From assembly GCA_951406725.2 (NCBI GenBank), contig OX597814.1, positions 73,718,001 through 73,782,000 of the forward strand: 64,000 bases of DNA, read 5' to 3'. Shown in pieces: positions 37,431 through 52,152 of the stretch. Each line of letters starts with the position of its first letter. Position 1 is the stretch's first letter. Origin of the DNA: Octopus vulgaris (Eukaryota). The notes beneath the pieces were generated by a model. That model made no database searches. It was not told where the DNA came from and saw nothing but the letters and a program-made list of their open reading frames with translations. Both the position numbers and the translations under genes were made by a program.

Positions 37431-39469
37431 GCATTCGACTTTGGTTGAGAAAAAGACGGATGGTTAGCGTAGAAAGGCGGATTCTAACTGTATAAATCTC
37501 CACCATAAATTTTATCTGTGTCCGAAGAAAAACCAATAACCTTATATGACTATTTTTCTTTTTCCCCCAATATATTATTCTTCCTTTCTTTCTTTTTTGC
37601 TTCTTTCTCGCTTACTTTTCTTCTTCTTCTTCTTCTTCATCTTCTTCTTCTTCTTCTTCTTCTTCTGCTTGTCTGTTTGTTTCTCTCTTTCCTTCATTCC
37701 TATTATATGTCTGTCTCTTAATGTTGATGGGTGCTATGAATAGTAAATTCACCGATTTATTTTCTATACGAATGAAACGAATGAAACCTAACATTATAGA
37801 CTAAACAACTAAAAACAGGGTGTTTCAAGGCTACTTCCATTTAGTTTCATCAAAAGCTAGTGTCAACACTGCCCAAGCTGTCATCTTTAATTACTAGGTT
37901 CCAACTGTTGCTGGTTTTGTTTTCATAACGTTAAATTATATATCATTTTCAGCAATTGTAGTCATTTTATTAGACTTAGTATATTTAATGTTTTGATTAG
38001 ATTTACATTGTGGACTTTTACCATAGATCACATGTTTCATATATAATATGACTGTAATTACAATTAACAGTTTACATGCTTTCGTTTATCATTTTTGTTA
38101 CTTATTCAACTGCTAGTTTTATTATTACATATTTTTATTTGTAAGTTAATTACATAATTCAGTAAAGCCATCAGTAACTGCAAATCGGACACATTGCCTA
38201 ACGGTGGTTCTACGGCTCTCTGCATTCCCAGTTCCAATCCTGCCGAGATGTCTTTGACTTTTAATTCCTTATAATTCCTTATTCAATTCCTTATAAGGCC
38301 CTAAAACCACTTTGTGAAGACCGTGTTTTTCAAGGCTTCAGTCACGACAACCCTACTTATTATGGTAGCCACAAATGTAATCACCGGTTAATTTATTCTA
38401 TATTTATTTTTGTTTTCCATTAAACATATCTTAAATAGATATAATAGATGAATGAAATAATTAGTGAATACACTTAGTATGCACTCTAGAACAAGAGGTG
38501 AGTTGATAATACACAGTCAAAAATTACCGGCAGAATTATATTTTACTTACGGTACCTGCCAACCTGGACAAAAGCACGAAAACCACACTTTTATGTTTCC
38601 CCATCTAAAATAAAAACGCACCTGTATGTTTTCAGAAAGAAACTGATACTTAAAACTAATTCATTATATTCCACTTCTTTGATGATGTAGGAAATGAATA
38701 TTATTAATCTCATTTCGAAGTACACTTTCTTTTTGATATGTGCACAGATTTTCTCTTGTATTTCTTGCAGTTAAAATGAAATTGGTCTATGTATTTTTTC
38801 CTCGTTATTGTTTTTAATGTGAATGTTTAGAAAGCTTTTATCAGTTGATTCAGATAATATAAATGATATATAGTATGGTTTCAGATGAATAATTGTCAGT
38901 AATAGTACACCTTCTTAAGCTATGTCGTGAACGAAAAGGCGGATCTGACAAGCCGAATCAGTGAGCTGCTTTTCTTTTCGGTCTGAAGTTATTTACATTT
39001 CTCATTTTAATTATCTTTAGGGAGAATTCAACGGACTTATGGTCAACTGAGGAGATGCAAAACCGAAGTGGGTCGATTAATTATTGCTTCTTTAAGTAAT
39101 TATATATCTCCAAAACATTTATTCATTGTTCATATCCATTGACAGAGATATAGCTGTGCAGTTTAGAAATCACAAACCTATATTTTCCAGATACACATAC
39201 CTACAGATATATTTATTCAGAAATATGAGGATTAATATGAATATAAAATATAAAAAAGAATACGGGGAAATATCTTCATGAAATAGAATAGTTCTAAATA
39301 TTCAAACCTTAATTCGCATACCTCATTCTTCTTTTGGGAGGTAATGTGATATTCTCGGTTGTATTCATAAATAATACTTTGGGGAAAGATATAGTCGATT
39401 AACTAGACAACATTTATTCACCAGTACTTAGAAGAATTATATATTTAACAACAATACTAATATTAATTC

Positions 39470-39570
39470 TTTCTACCATAGGCACAAGGCCTGAAATGTT
39501 GGGGAAGAAAAGCTTGTCAAGTGGTACTAGCTTTGTCGATTCCGAAAGGATCAAGGGTAAAGTCTACAAA
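39470..39570 (-). mobile_element. SINE S2 3' fragment
   Basis: GGCACAAGGCCTGAAAT...GTCGATTCCGAAAGGAT.AAGGGTAAAGTC. Confidence 0.6.
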
Positions 39571-39591
39571 ATTTTGCCAGCTTACCACTTT

Positions 39592-39705
<114 letters not shown>

Positions 39706-40519
39706 AACATCAAGAGCGTTAGTCACTATGTACAGGGCGAAAGTAATACGCAATGGGGCAAAGAATAACAGATCTGGAGAAAGCAGGTTGTAAGTATCTA
39801 TGAGTATTGGAGTTAGACAATATAATGTCAAGTGAGATGAGGAGTGAGTAAAAAAGACTTGTTTTGATATACTGGCTGATGTTCTGAAGAGTAAGCTTCA
39901 TTGCCGAAACCTTGTGTGCGCCATCAACATTTGGACTGCGGCTGTTGTTCCTTCAGTGTGACCATACTTAACTGGGCGTTAGAGGAAATTGATGAAGTGG
40001 ATCTATGTACACGAGAATTACTATAGAAATTCGTACTTCTTTATCCGAAAGCACAAAAGTAGAAGTGATTAATGTATCAGAATGTATAGCTGCATAATGA
40101 TGAACGCTGGATTTTTACGTGGTAAACAGCAACGAAGTTTTGCGTCAACATGTTGCTATGTCAGAGGGTTTGAAGAAAGAGGAGACTGAAACCAAAGATT
40201 CATGCAAAGAAAGGCTAGATTATGAGAGAATTGAATGTCAATAAACCCACACGGAAAGTTTGAAATGGAAACAGAGCATGTAAAAACTGATGATCGGTGG
40301 ACATGACCTAGGAGTAGAGAATTAAAAAAATGAAACAGGAAGTTAGCTTATTACAATTCAGAATTAGACCCCTTGAGAATAACTTCATAAGGAAGACTGT
40401 CTAGAAAGTTGCTGACAGTGTCAAGTGTCGCCCGCGTGTGAAAGATGTAGAGAGCATGACATACACTATCAGTGTGCATGGGATTCATTTACAGTTTTCA
40501 GAAACTGTAAAAAGCAAAC

Positions 40520-40520
<1 letters not shown>
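39706..40520 (+). mobile_element. Old R4/Dong-clade LINE fragment (family F) between TAA tracts
   Basis: SKLHCRNLVCAINIWTAAVV, WALEEIDEVDLCTRELL; starts right after the (TAA)n(TGA)n tract 39594-39705. Confidence 0.65.
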
Positions 40521-40581
<61 letters not shown>

Positions 40582-40767
40582 TGATAATAATAATGAGAAG
40601 AAGAAGAAGAAGAAAAAGAAGAAGAAGAAAAAGAAGAAGAAGAAGAAGAAGAAGAAGAAGAAGAAGAAGAAGAAGAAGAAGAAGAAGAAGAAGAAGAAGA
40701 AGAAGAAGAAGAAGAAGAAGAAGAAGAAGAAGAAGAAGAAGAAGAAGAAGAAGAAGAAGAAGAAGAA

Positions 40768-42600
40768 CTACTTTCAGCAAAAGAAACACTGCAACAAAAA
40801 ACCCAAGCAAAAGCTCAAATAATACGAAGATTTGATAAAAGCAACACGTTTTACATGCAAAATAAGTTGTTCACATCCAATTGCGAAAACATTCTACAGA
40901 GAAATAGGGAAGGAGAAAATAACCGTTGAAGACCTCGTCCCCCGCCTGCCATGGAAGAGGTTGAAAACTTCTGGAAAAATATCTGGAGTAATGAAAAAAA
41001 CTTACAATTAAAACGCAGACTGGATGAGACGGGAACAAGCATGGAAGACATTACAATAGCAGACCTAAGGATGACATTCACGAAGGCTCATAAGTGGAAA
41101 TCCCCTGGTGATGATAGGGTGCCAAGTTTCTGGCTCGCATCGCTCCCGTGCGCACACGAAAAGTTAGTTCTGTTATTCAATGAAATTATGAGAGATCCTA
41201 CGAAAACACTTGATTGGTTAGCAAGAGGTATTACTTACCCACTCCCGAATAATAATGCAACCCAATCTCCTCAAGACTATCATATGGATGCAAAAACCAA
41301 CTCTTAATCAAACACGTGATCCTTGAGAGCTGTCAACAAACGCAGAAATATCAGTTCTGCATGGATTGATTATAAAAAGGACTTCGACAGCATACCGCAT
41401 TCAATGATCTTGAAATCGCTGGAAATCTTCAAAATTTCTCTTGTGATTTCAAACTTCTTGAAGCACAACATATCAGTGTGGAATACACATCTCCAATTAT
41501 ACCACTCTAGTGGAATACTGACCACAAAACCGTTAATATCAACTGTGGTATTTTCCAAAGTGATTTGCTTTCACCTTTAATTTCCTGCATATCCCTAATA
41601 CCCCTTACAAGTGAACTTAACAGAACAGGGTATGGATATAAAATTGGCGACAAGAAAATAAATTATCTATTTTATATGGATGATTTAAAACTCTATGGCA
41701 AAGACGATAATGAGCATGAAAGAATACTGCGTACTTGTGAAAGCATTCAGTGATGACATTGGGATGGAATTTGGTCTTGATAAATCTGCCAAGGCCACTT
41801 TCCAGAAATGGAAACTGAAGAATTCACATTCAGTAGAATTGGATGTTGACACAGTCAAGCGGGAACAAGCTTACAAATACCTCGGAATAAATGAGGGCTC
41901 TGGCATTCAGCATGCAAGCATGAAAGAGAATATCAAGAAGTAGTGTTTCTGGAGAGTTCGTGCACCACCCAAAGGCAGACGCAGATCGTCTTTACCTACT
42001 CAGAGAGCAAGGAGTTGGAGGCTTGATCCAATTTGAAATCTCTTACAACTCCACCACAATTGCACTGGCAAAATATCTTGTAACATCTTAAGACTGTACG
42101 CGAAAGCTCGTTGAAAACCACAAAAAGCTGTAAGAAGCTACATTCTGTTATGAAGGACAGCAAAAAATTTTCAAGTGAGCTTATGCATAATACCCAGGTT
42201 GACAACATGATGGAAATGCAGTAAGTAGTTGAAAAGATGAAATCAAAAGCAAAGCAAAATTCGTTTCAAAAATTGGCTGATAGGTGGGAACAAAAACCTC
42301 TGCATGGCAAATATGTGGCCCCTAGCAAACAAACTGATGTTGAACAGAAGTACACCTATCGGTGGCTACGTAACTCAGGGTTAAAGGCAGAAAGGGAAGG
42401 CTTTATCTTGGTTGCCCAAGATCAGAGCTTATTGATCCTGAACTATTAAGCCAATGTGATGAAAAGTGGTGTAGACCCAAAGTGCAGATACTGCAACAAT
42501 GGGATCTATACAGTGGATCACCTAATCTCTGGATATAGAGTACAAATCAAGATATGACACAGTTGGCCAATATCTACATTGGATAATGTGTGAGCATTTT
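40768..42600 (+). mobile_element. R4/Dong-clade LINE (G-like), frameshifted with deletions
   Basis: EEVENFWKNIWS, WKSPGDD, WIDYKKDFDSIPH, YLFYMDDLKLY, FSDDIGMEFGLDK, WEQKPLHGKY; follows the (TAA)(TGA)(AGA) tract 40524-40767. Confidence 0.9.
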
Positions 42601-43397
<797 letters not shown>

Positions 43398-43440
43398 GTA
43401 GTAGTAGTAGTAGTAGTAGTAGTAATAATAATAATAATAA

Positions 43441-43471
<31 letters not shown>

Positions 43472-43615
43472 AAGAAGAAGAAGAAGAAGAAGAAGAAGAA
43501 GAAGAAGAACAACAACAACAACAACAACAACAATAATAATAATATGCCCTGATGCAGTACCAGGCAGTGACTCGAATGGCTTTTCATCTTAACTAACTCG
43601 AAGTGCTATCATGTA

Positions 43616-44876
43616 CGAGGGGCTTTCAATAAGTAATGCCCCTGACCCACTTGTAGTTGTTTGATCTATTTTGCATGTGCACTTATTTATACCTCTATGG
43701 ATTAAGTGGCAAATTACAGCTCTGAACTAATTGTGGTTTCTGATTTACAGGTGTTTGAACTGAGTCAAGTGTGAAATGGAGCCTGTTGAGTGTCGAGCAG
43801 TGATCTGGTTTTTGTATTTGAAAGGACGCACACCACGGGAGACTTTTGATGAAATGAAAGTATCTTATGGTGATGATGCCCCATCATATGACCTTGTAAA
43901 ACGCTGGCATTGTGAATTCAAACATAGTCGGAACTCTGTGGAAACAGCTCCCAGATCTGGTCGCCCCTTCTGCCGTTGATGAGACGTCTGTCCGTCAAGT
44001 TGAGGCTGCCATTTTGGAAGGTCAACGCATAACTATTCGCCAAATAGCCCATAAGGTCAAGATTAGTACCGGGTCTGTGGAAACTATCATTCATGACCAT
44101 TTGCATATGCAAAAGGTGTCTGCCAGATGGATTCCCAGGTTGCTCACACCTTTCCAGAAGCAAGAACGCGTTGAGTGCTCGAGGATGAATTTGGAGATGT
44201 GCCAAGAAGATGAGTCAAAATTTTTCAAAAGACTGATCACACAGGATAAACCTGGGTCCATCACTATGATCCATAGACCAAAGCCCAGTCAATGCAGTGG
44301 AAGCACCGTGACTCACCTCCTCCAAAGAAGGCAAGGGCGCAGCCCTCCGCTGACAAGGTTATGCTCATAGTTTTCTGGGACCAGGACAGAGTAGTGATGA
44401 CAGATTTCCTGGCAAAGGGTACCACAATTACAGGAGCCTATCATGCTTCACTTTTGAGGAAATTAAGAGAAGCTATCAAAATCAAGAGGCGGGGCAAGAT
44501 CAGCAAAGGCATCCTCCTCCTGCAGGACAACGCTCCGGTCCACAACTCGCGTGTCGCCAGATCAGAAGCACAGGCGTGCAGCTATGAACTCCTCCCCTTG
44601 CACCCTCTGATTTTCACCTCTTCCCAGCCATGAAGTTGATTTTGAAAGGAAAGCGTTTCCCAGATGATGCAGCCTTGATTTCTGAAGTCACGTCGTGGTT
44701 GGAGGACCAAGCTGGGGTCTTCTACAAAAACGGTCTCCAGATCTGTATCAAACAATGGCAGAAATGCATAACTCTGGGTAGTTCCTATGTAGGAAAAGAC
44801 TAATAACTGTGCCAAGTGTCGTTGCTCTACTGTTATGGGAAGTGGGTCAGGGGCATTACTTATTGAACGCCCCTCG
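43616..44876 (+). mobile_element. Full-length 1261-bp mariner (same family as 24361-25580), frameshifted transposase
   Basis: 37-bp TIRs CGAGGGGC(T/G)TTCAATAAGTAATGCCCCTGACCCACTT with 1 mismatch; TA TSD at 43614-43615 and 44877-44878; ORF pieces 43776..44633. Confidence 0.97.
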
Positions 44877-45189
44877 TACATGTTTTGTCTTCATGTAAAA
44901 GATGGTCTACAGCAAATATTCTGCTCAATACCACGGATTGGGTTGTCAGTTGAATGACCTTAATCAGTTGAACATGTCCCTTAATGGCTGACGGTACGTG
45001 CATCTCTGATCACGTGCAGAAGTAGTGGGGGAGCATCATAGCCATGTACTGAGAGGAATTCTTTGGGGTTTGAATAATTCACCTCTGGAAACATAGGTGG
45101 TTCATTCATCATCCTAAACAAACCTTATTCAGGGACTTTTTGAGCGAGATGGGCTACTCGGCCTGAAGAAAATTCTAACTGGGCCCCAC

Positions 45190-45372
45190 CTGCAAGGTCA
45201 TGCGCTGCAAGGTCATGCGCTGCAAGGTCATGCGCTGCAAGGTCATGCGCTGCAAGGTCATGCGCTGCAAGGTCATGCGCTGCAAGGTCATGCGCTGCAA
45301 GGTCATGCGCTGCAAGGTCATGCGCTGCAAGGTCATGCGCTGCAAGGTCATGCGCTGCAAGGTCATGCGCTG
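45190..45372. repeat. Perfect minisatellite, 12 x CTGCAAGGTCATGCG
   Basis: Directly visible; only one unit in the homologous site of copy 1. Confidence 0.97.
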
Positions 45373-45552
45373 TTTATCTAGATATGTGATCACCATGTCG
45401 CGCACATATGGTTGTGATGCATGTGCCTGGTATACCCTTAAACAGGTAGTCATGATGAGTATATTGGGCTTCGTAATTTGTACCCCAGTGTCGCTTTAAT
45501 GGCTTGCACTGTTCTCTCACACAATAATGATGATGATGATGATGATGATAAT

Positions 45553-47425
45553 ATACGCCTGGGTATGGCATGAAACTTCATCAGGTTGCAATGTCTCGAT
45601 GTGAGATAATTAAGGTTACCCTTAACCACAACTACACTCAGCTAACCGTTGGGTAAGGTGTAGTATCTGTAAGCCCACCCCGAGACCTTGAAATACCAGT
45701 TTGGCGTCCAGCGGAGTTCAGTCTCTCTCATGGGATGAAGGTGCCCCTTTAGTTTTGGTCGACAACCCCTCTAGAGATGGTGTCTCAATAAAAACACTGG
45801 TGATTCTGTACCCTTATCACCAGAATCTGCATGAGTGAAAATGTCAAATACAAGGTATTAAAAAACGGCATGAATGAAGCTGGAACTGAAAAGAATTATT
45901 ACAAGGGTAAGTATGGACTCTTTGAACCTTCGGTAGCAATTCTCTAGTGATGGTGTCACGATAAAAATACTGGTGATTGCACAACGTTACAAATGCTACC
46001 GCTAAATGAGTGATGTCAAAGTCAAATAATAATCACGACTGCGCTAACGGGATCGGAACTGTTAACAGTGAGGGTGTCGCACACGGCAGACAAGGAGTGT
46101 CTGATAAAGCTCCGGTAGGTCGTCATCAAACCATTTATCAAGACCAGAATCGAAGTCAAAAGTGCAAAAGAGAAAAAAGTGAAATAGGTAAAAAAAATTG
46201 TAATTGAACGCTAGATAAGAAGTGAGCCAAATAAAAGAGGTCTCATGGAACGAATGAAAAGCATATGGGATGAAAATGGAGATTTTGAAGTATCTGCTCA
46301 GCTACTGAGAAATCGAGCAAGAGCAATTCGTGTGAACGACTTGATTAGAGGTTGAAAAATCTTTTGAAGAATAAAAAATGAGCAGTAGCAGAAAGTGGCA
46401 TATGAAAAAGAGATAAAAATGGAAATCATTATGTGTCTGAAATTACTGATGAAGTAAATAGTGAAGATGATCTAGATGGACAAGTGACCGTAAATGCTGC
46501 ACATGACTTGAATTACGAAGACAAGAAGATTCTAGAAATGTTGCGTGGTAAAATGTGGGATGGGAACAATGAAGAACCACCAAATGTCAGATACATGGAC
46601 AGAAGGAAAGTAAGGAGAGTCAAAGGCAATGTAAATGACATTTTGAGCTTGAAAAGAACAGAAAACATTAGTGAAAGAAACCAGCAAATCATAGATGCTG
46701 CTAATGCTGTAGCCGACACAGTAGGATTACAAGCGGAAAACTGAAGAAATGAAAGGAAATGAAAAACAAAAGTACCAAACTGGAAGAAGAGAATACGAAT
46801 GAAGTTGGAAAAGACACAGAAAGAACTGGGGAAATTGAATACGATAATGAGAGGAGAGCTCAAAAATGAGATAGTAATCCGAAAATTGAATGAATAGTAT
46901 GGGTTAGAAGAAAGGAGAACGCAAATAGTACATGAAGAACTGTTACTAAGGGTGACAGCGTTAAAGGCCAAACAAGAAAGATATGATGCTAGTTGCAAAA
47001 GTTATGAATAGAATAGACTGTTCCAATCAAATAGAAGGCGTCTGTTTGAGGAAATAGAGGGGGACCAACATTAGGAACTGATTCCTGATGCAAAAGAAAG
47101 CAAAATATTTCGGGGAGAACTGTAGAACAGGTCAGTGAGACATAAAGTGCGGAGTGGCTAACTCAGGTAAAGAGGTAACTTGCACTGTGCTAACACAAAA
47201 GGATGTCAGATGCGATCTATATACAGTGAGACTGAACTTTAAAAAATAGTAAATTGGAAAGGACCTAGCCAGGATATAATACAAGGTTATTGGCTGAAGA
47301 ACTTGATATAGTTGCATGAAAGGATCGCTGCACAGCTGGATGAATGCCTGGAGCGTGGTCATGTCCCTACCTGTATGACAAGTGGACGAAAGCTCTTATG
47401 CCTCAAGGATCTCTTGAAAGGTAAC
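45553..47425 (+). mobile_element. 5' part (UTR + N-terminal ORF) of an R4/Dong-clade LINE (family D), 3'-truncated at the start of RT
   Basis: SEPNKRGLMERMKSIWDE...SAQLLRNRARAI, PNWKKRI, NRLFQSNRRRLF, NWKGPSQDIIQGYWLK, LHERIA.QL...TSGR..LC; starts right after the (AAT/GAT) tract. Confidence 0.8.
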
Positions 47426-48983
47426 AACAAAAGTGAAGTCAATATGGACTCGTTTTGCTGTCGACACTATGAGAACAGCAACATGAACTGCAATAGCAGT
47501 CACAACCAACACTAGCATTGGAAGACTGTAGAAGCAACAAACACTGAAATTAATGCTGAGTGTCGGTGCCTTGGACAGTAGAGTGTCTTTCCTCTATAAA
47601 CAACACCTATTCAACACAAGCAGCAACCAGGCTTTTTCTTCGATTTCTCCGCATTTTCATGAAATGGATAAAAAAGGGATTAGGTAGAAAAAGGAATTAG
47701 ATTAGGGTAAACTCTGGTCGTGGGGTGGTGAAAGGAGAAAACGGTTAACATTCATCCTTACTACAACATGAAAAAAACGCTGGAATGGTCAACATGCCGC
47801 TAAAGAGCATGCAAGCCAGTCGCCCGTTACCAACTACAACCGTCATAACATAACAACAAAACAAAAACTAGCAAAACTACAATTACCAGAGCAACAACAA
47901 AGCACTAACCAGAACATCAGAAACAATAATAGATAAAGAGAAAGCCACGAAAACAACCACAGCAAAAACAAAAGTATTCCTGCAGAATACTCAGTTACTT
48001 ACAATTCAATGAGAAGCTATTTCAGTTGATTGAACATTTGGAATACTTATCGTTTAAATTGATGGAGGTCCATTTACAATAAATGTTTTCTCCTGTGTAA
48101 CAATGAAATATATTTCTTCATATTTTTTAGTTTATGTATAGTTGCCATGTTAAATAAAATCGACTTGCAAGAACTCTTTTGAGAAGAAAGTTTCCGTTGT
48201 AGTACATAATAATATTCCATAATGTTTTCTTCAACGAACCGGAAACATACCAAATAAACATTGAATTCATAACTACATGGCGACAACATCCTTGACATTT
48301 CAAATTCAAACGATCTAATAGTTTTAATCTCTGCCAATCACCCTCCACCTTCTTCTGTATAACACAAGTACTTCATCCATTACCTTTCTATAACCTATGG
48401 CACACACTCAATTGACATGCGGTTTCCATATACATTAAGCGAGTAGATGTTATTGTAAATTCTCGCATCGAAGATGAGAATCTCAGATATTAATAATTCA
48501 ACTCTCATAAATGCATACATAAATGCACACATACACACAGAGACACATGTACACATAATTAGAGATAGATATAGTGGAAATCAACTAGTGTCCGAGTGCA
48601 AACACTTCTTACACACCGATGGCATTTCTTAAAAAGCAGCAGCAACGGAGAAAATGCCACGCTGGTAAGTAGAAAGATGTTACAAATACAGCCTATTTGC
48701 TTTTACCAGCAAGGAAATTATAGAAATGACGGTATTTTTTAGTCGCAGTTGCGCATAAACCGACTATCGCAAAGACAAGGATCACTTTTAAAATGTGCGT
48801 AGTCTTTCTGTTGTTCTAAGAAGATTCTGTTCGGGAAATTAAATATTATAAGTAAAGCGTACACAGGAATATATTTACTTTTTAGACATTAGACCTTTTC
48901 CCTCGGTGGCCCAAGCACTGGTTGAGACGTCTAAAAACTGAACGATTCTCAAATTTTGCATCAGTACATCATACTTGTAAACC

Positions 48984-49122
48984 ACTGTTTCTCAACCTTA
49001 TTGCCTCACGTGCCACTCCGGTTTTCCCTAAAAGAACATGCGCCCATATATTGTAAGTTTCATTCACTTGCCTATCCATGCACCAGTTTGAAATGAACCA
49101 CGTCCCAGTATGAGAAACTCGG
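48984..49122. mobile_element. Possible decayed hAT-type MITE
   Basis: CACTGTTTCTCAACC at the left end and TGAGAAACTCGG at the right end resemble Charlie-type TIRs; no clear TSD. Confidence 0.35.
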
Positions 49123-49352
49123 CTTAAAACTCAAACAGATGTTCTGACAAGAACTAGGATTCTATCATTCTCAAAGCTGTCTTACAACGCCTTCGTTCAG
49201 AATCCCCACATATAGAGATAAATGTATAGAGGTGTGTATGTGTGTGTATGCATATATAATATTTGCGTTATGATATAAAAAAGATATTTCACAATCTAAT
49301 CAAGTAGGAATAATGAGGAATATAAAATGAGAGGTATATTAAAAATATTTAA

Positions 49353-49570
49353 GGCGGCGAGCATGCACAATCGTTAACACGACGGACAAAATACTTACTG
49401 ACATTTCGTCCGTCTTCATGTTTTGAGCTCAAATTCCGCCGTAGTCGACTTCGCCTTTTATGCTTTCGGGGTCGATAAAATAACTACCAGTTGAGTATCG
49501 GGATCGATATAACAGACTCTTTCTCTCTCTCGAAATTACTGGCCTTATGTCAAAATTTGGAACCAGTATT
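49353..49570 (+). mobile_element. Full-length SINE S2
   Basis: GGCGGCGAGC head to AAATTTGGAACCAGTATT tail. Confidence 0.85.
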
Positions 49571-51929
49571 AGAAAGACCTCGAAAGGGAGATGCATGTTC
49601 AATTAAAAAAACTGGCATGTTTTACTTCTTACATATAAGCTGTTGGCATCCACTTACGTGTATCATTGAACCATGGTAGTGGCTAAATGATATTAAGGTC
49701 GACATTTACTCACTCGCAACCTCTTCAAAGCTTTGTCGCTAACTCATTTCTCAAAACTGTTAACGGTTCTTTAATAGTCATCTCCCAAGCTACATTTTGA
49801 CATAAAAATATCGAAATTTGGTTAAGTGGTAAAAAAGTTACATTAAAATATATAAGGTCCAACAGGGGAGAGTAAGGCGAAAAATCAAAGTAAATTTCTT
49901 ATTTTAAAAGCAAATTATATTTTATTTAAACTTAAATGATAGAACGAATCGAGGGGAGTCTAAAACTGTCAATTTTTATCAAAAGAAGTTGTAAAGCCAG
50001 AAGTGCCAAAAAGAGAGTGAGTGACGCCTCCAATTGACTTTGACTTAAAAAAAAAAAATTCTTAATTTAGAAGCAATCTATATTTTAAGCTCGAATGATA
50101 AAACAAAACGAGCGGAATCTAAAAATGCTAATTTTATGCAATAAAATTTTGTAGAAAAATGTTGAGGTAAAAAGTGACAAAAAAGTGACGCTAGAATTAT
50201 ATAAGTTATATATATATATATAAACTATTATACATAAAATATACACAGTTGTCTCCCTTGCATCACAGTAAACTTTACTCTTTTTCTCTTTTAACTTTAT
50301 TTTTAATATTCTCTCTTTTTTCTTTAATTCAGATATGTTACTGTATATATATATTAATACATCAAGATTTAGTCAAAATATATTCGATCTCGGCTTTATT
50401 GCAGAAATAAGCTTTAATTTCGTTTTTGAGTCAATTTTCTGAATTTAAGTAAATAAAAACCTCCTAATCAAAAAAGCTCTGTTTGACAATTATACCATAA
50501 TTTATTTCTTATCAGTTTTTAAATACTCCCATACATGTACAGAGTGGGTATATTGAGGGATTTACCTCCTCGGCATTTTATTCTATATGCGCTATGTAGC
50601 TCCTATTTTTCATATAGTATACTACACCCCGCCCACCAATAACCCCTACTCTCACCCCACCCGACCCTCACAAGCAAAAAATTTAATTAGCAAGAGTACA
50701 ACCCTCTCCGGAAAATATCCCTGTGCCTTCTCCTGAGCCTCAAACCTACCATAAAGGTATCAATTGATCGTTCCTTTTTTAAATTTCCGGAAGACTAGCC
50801 CTGTGGTGTCTGTCCATAAATTATAGTGTGCCAATTTTTATCAAAAAGATGGAGCAAAAAAGGAATTTCATTTGAATACTACTTAAGAACTTTTAGAAGT
50901 TCTTAAAAACATGTAATTGAAAAAACATTTTAATGGGGGGTTTTTTTGTATTTTTTGCTAACATTTAGCCTTCAATTTATTATTTGAGTTGATATTTCAA
51001 TTATAGCGTAGCTAATAAAAGCTATTATTTTTAGTTTTTAAATCTAAATATGTTTTTAAATCTAAATATGTTTTTAAATGTCAACTATAGCTTCAATATT
51101 TTAAGCATAAATATGCTTATCCTGTACTTTTCTAGGTGTAATAACTTGTCCTGTACTTTTCCAGGTTTAATAACTTAACAATATTAACCTCTATGTGTCC
51201 GCATCTTTCATTGTACTGTATATATGTTAAATTATTTGTTAGGGTTTTAAATACAAAATGAAATTTTTATCTTGAAAATGAGCTGAGCAATACTATATAT
51301 AGATTTATAACATAAGTACAGGAACACAGAATTTAGGTGCAACTGTAGTATATGACCGATCCTTAGCTTATCGATCTACGTAGGACAAAAATCAAAACTA
51401 AGCAGAGTGGAGTTCGAAATCAGAACTTAAGACGACGCAGCTAAATCCCGTAATGGCTGATATTATACCTACTCACAACTTCACAAAGATGAATATTGTC
51501 TGAAGTTCTTCAATTATGGTCATTCTTTTTACCGATTATAGTGATATTTTACAGAAGGAAACTGTCTCACATATACATAACACCCTACAAAGTCAACTCT
51601 TGGTGTTGTTTGAATTAGAAGACAGAAATATGAAATTAAAAACTGCAACGCAGTTCGGCACTGTAGTATTTCTAGCAACTCTTAGGCTTCACGTCTCCAA
51701 TATATATTTTAAAAATTGATTTGGCTTGCAACACAAATATTGATCCATTTTGAGAATATTAAAAATATATAAAAATAATATTTCTTTATTTGCTTATATT
51801 TAGTGATCATAGAAAGTTTAAGCAATTAGCGAAAAGACTTAGATTTCTAACCCAGACACATTATGTAGTCGGTTATAGTAACTAATATAGTCTACCGAAG
51901 CCGGATGAATGAAATTCGAATCTTAATGT

Positions 51930-52152
51930 GGTGTGAAAGAAAGTGGTGAATCTAGTCGAGTTGACGGTTCCCCGTGCAGATAATACGGACGCCGCTTGGG
52001 CTCGAAAGACTGGCCGTTATGTAAACCTCCTCGAAGAATGTGAAGAAGCAGGCTGGAAAGTGGAGCATTTTCCAGTCGAAGTCGGATGTAGAGGATTTAT
52101 TGGACACAGTGTGAGGCGACTGTTGTTATCGTTACGCCTTACTTCTCTTTGA
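51930..52152 (+). mobile_element. HERO-like RLE endonuclease fragment
   Basis: LVELTVP...RKTGRY..L.EEC.EAGW....PVEVGCRGF. Confidence 0.75.

Larger units (their letters stand above)
43545..45522 (+). mobile_element. Family C non-coding element copy 2, interrupted by a mariner and a 15-bp minisatellite
   Basis: Matches 10791-11310 end to end; the empty site TCATGTACA is seen in copy 1. Confidence 0.8.

Noticed and set aside
38551-38604. Resemblance of MGKHKSVVFVLLSRLAGT to ribosomal protein L33
   Set aside because: Too short, only a few matching residues, and no continuation exon was found.
45175-45499. (MTLQR)n / (MRCKV)n ORFs resembling a pentapeptide-repeat protein or CRISPR array
   Set aside because: Perfect 15-bp tandem repeat with no spacers, inside a non-coding element.
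48074-48348. Overlapping minus-strand ORFs in unique sequence
   Set aside because: No recognisable motif or splice signals; length expected by chance.
49800-50860. Repeated GAAC..A.CGAG.GGA.TCTAAAA motifs suggesting a DNA transposon remnant
   Set aside because: No TIR, TSD or coding evidence to define boundaries or family.
51035-51180. Short 18-bp and 29-bp tandem duplications (also a 14-bp x3 repeat at ~60496-60536)
   Set aside because: Ordinary slippage duplications.
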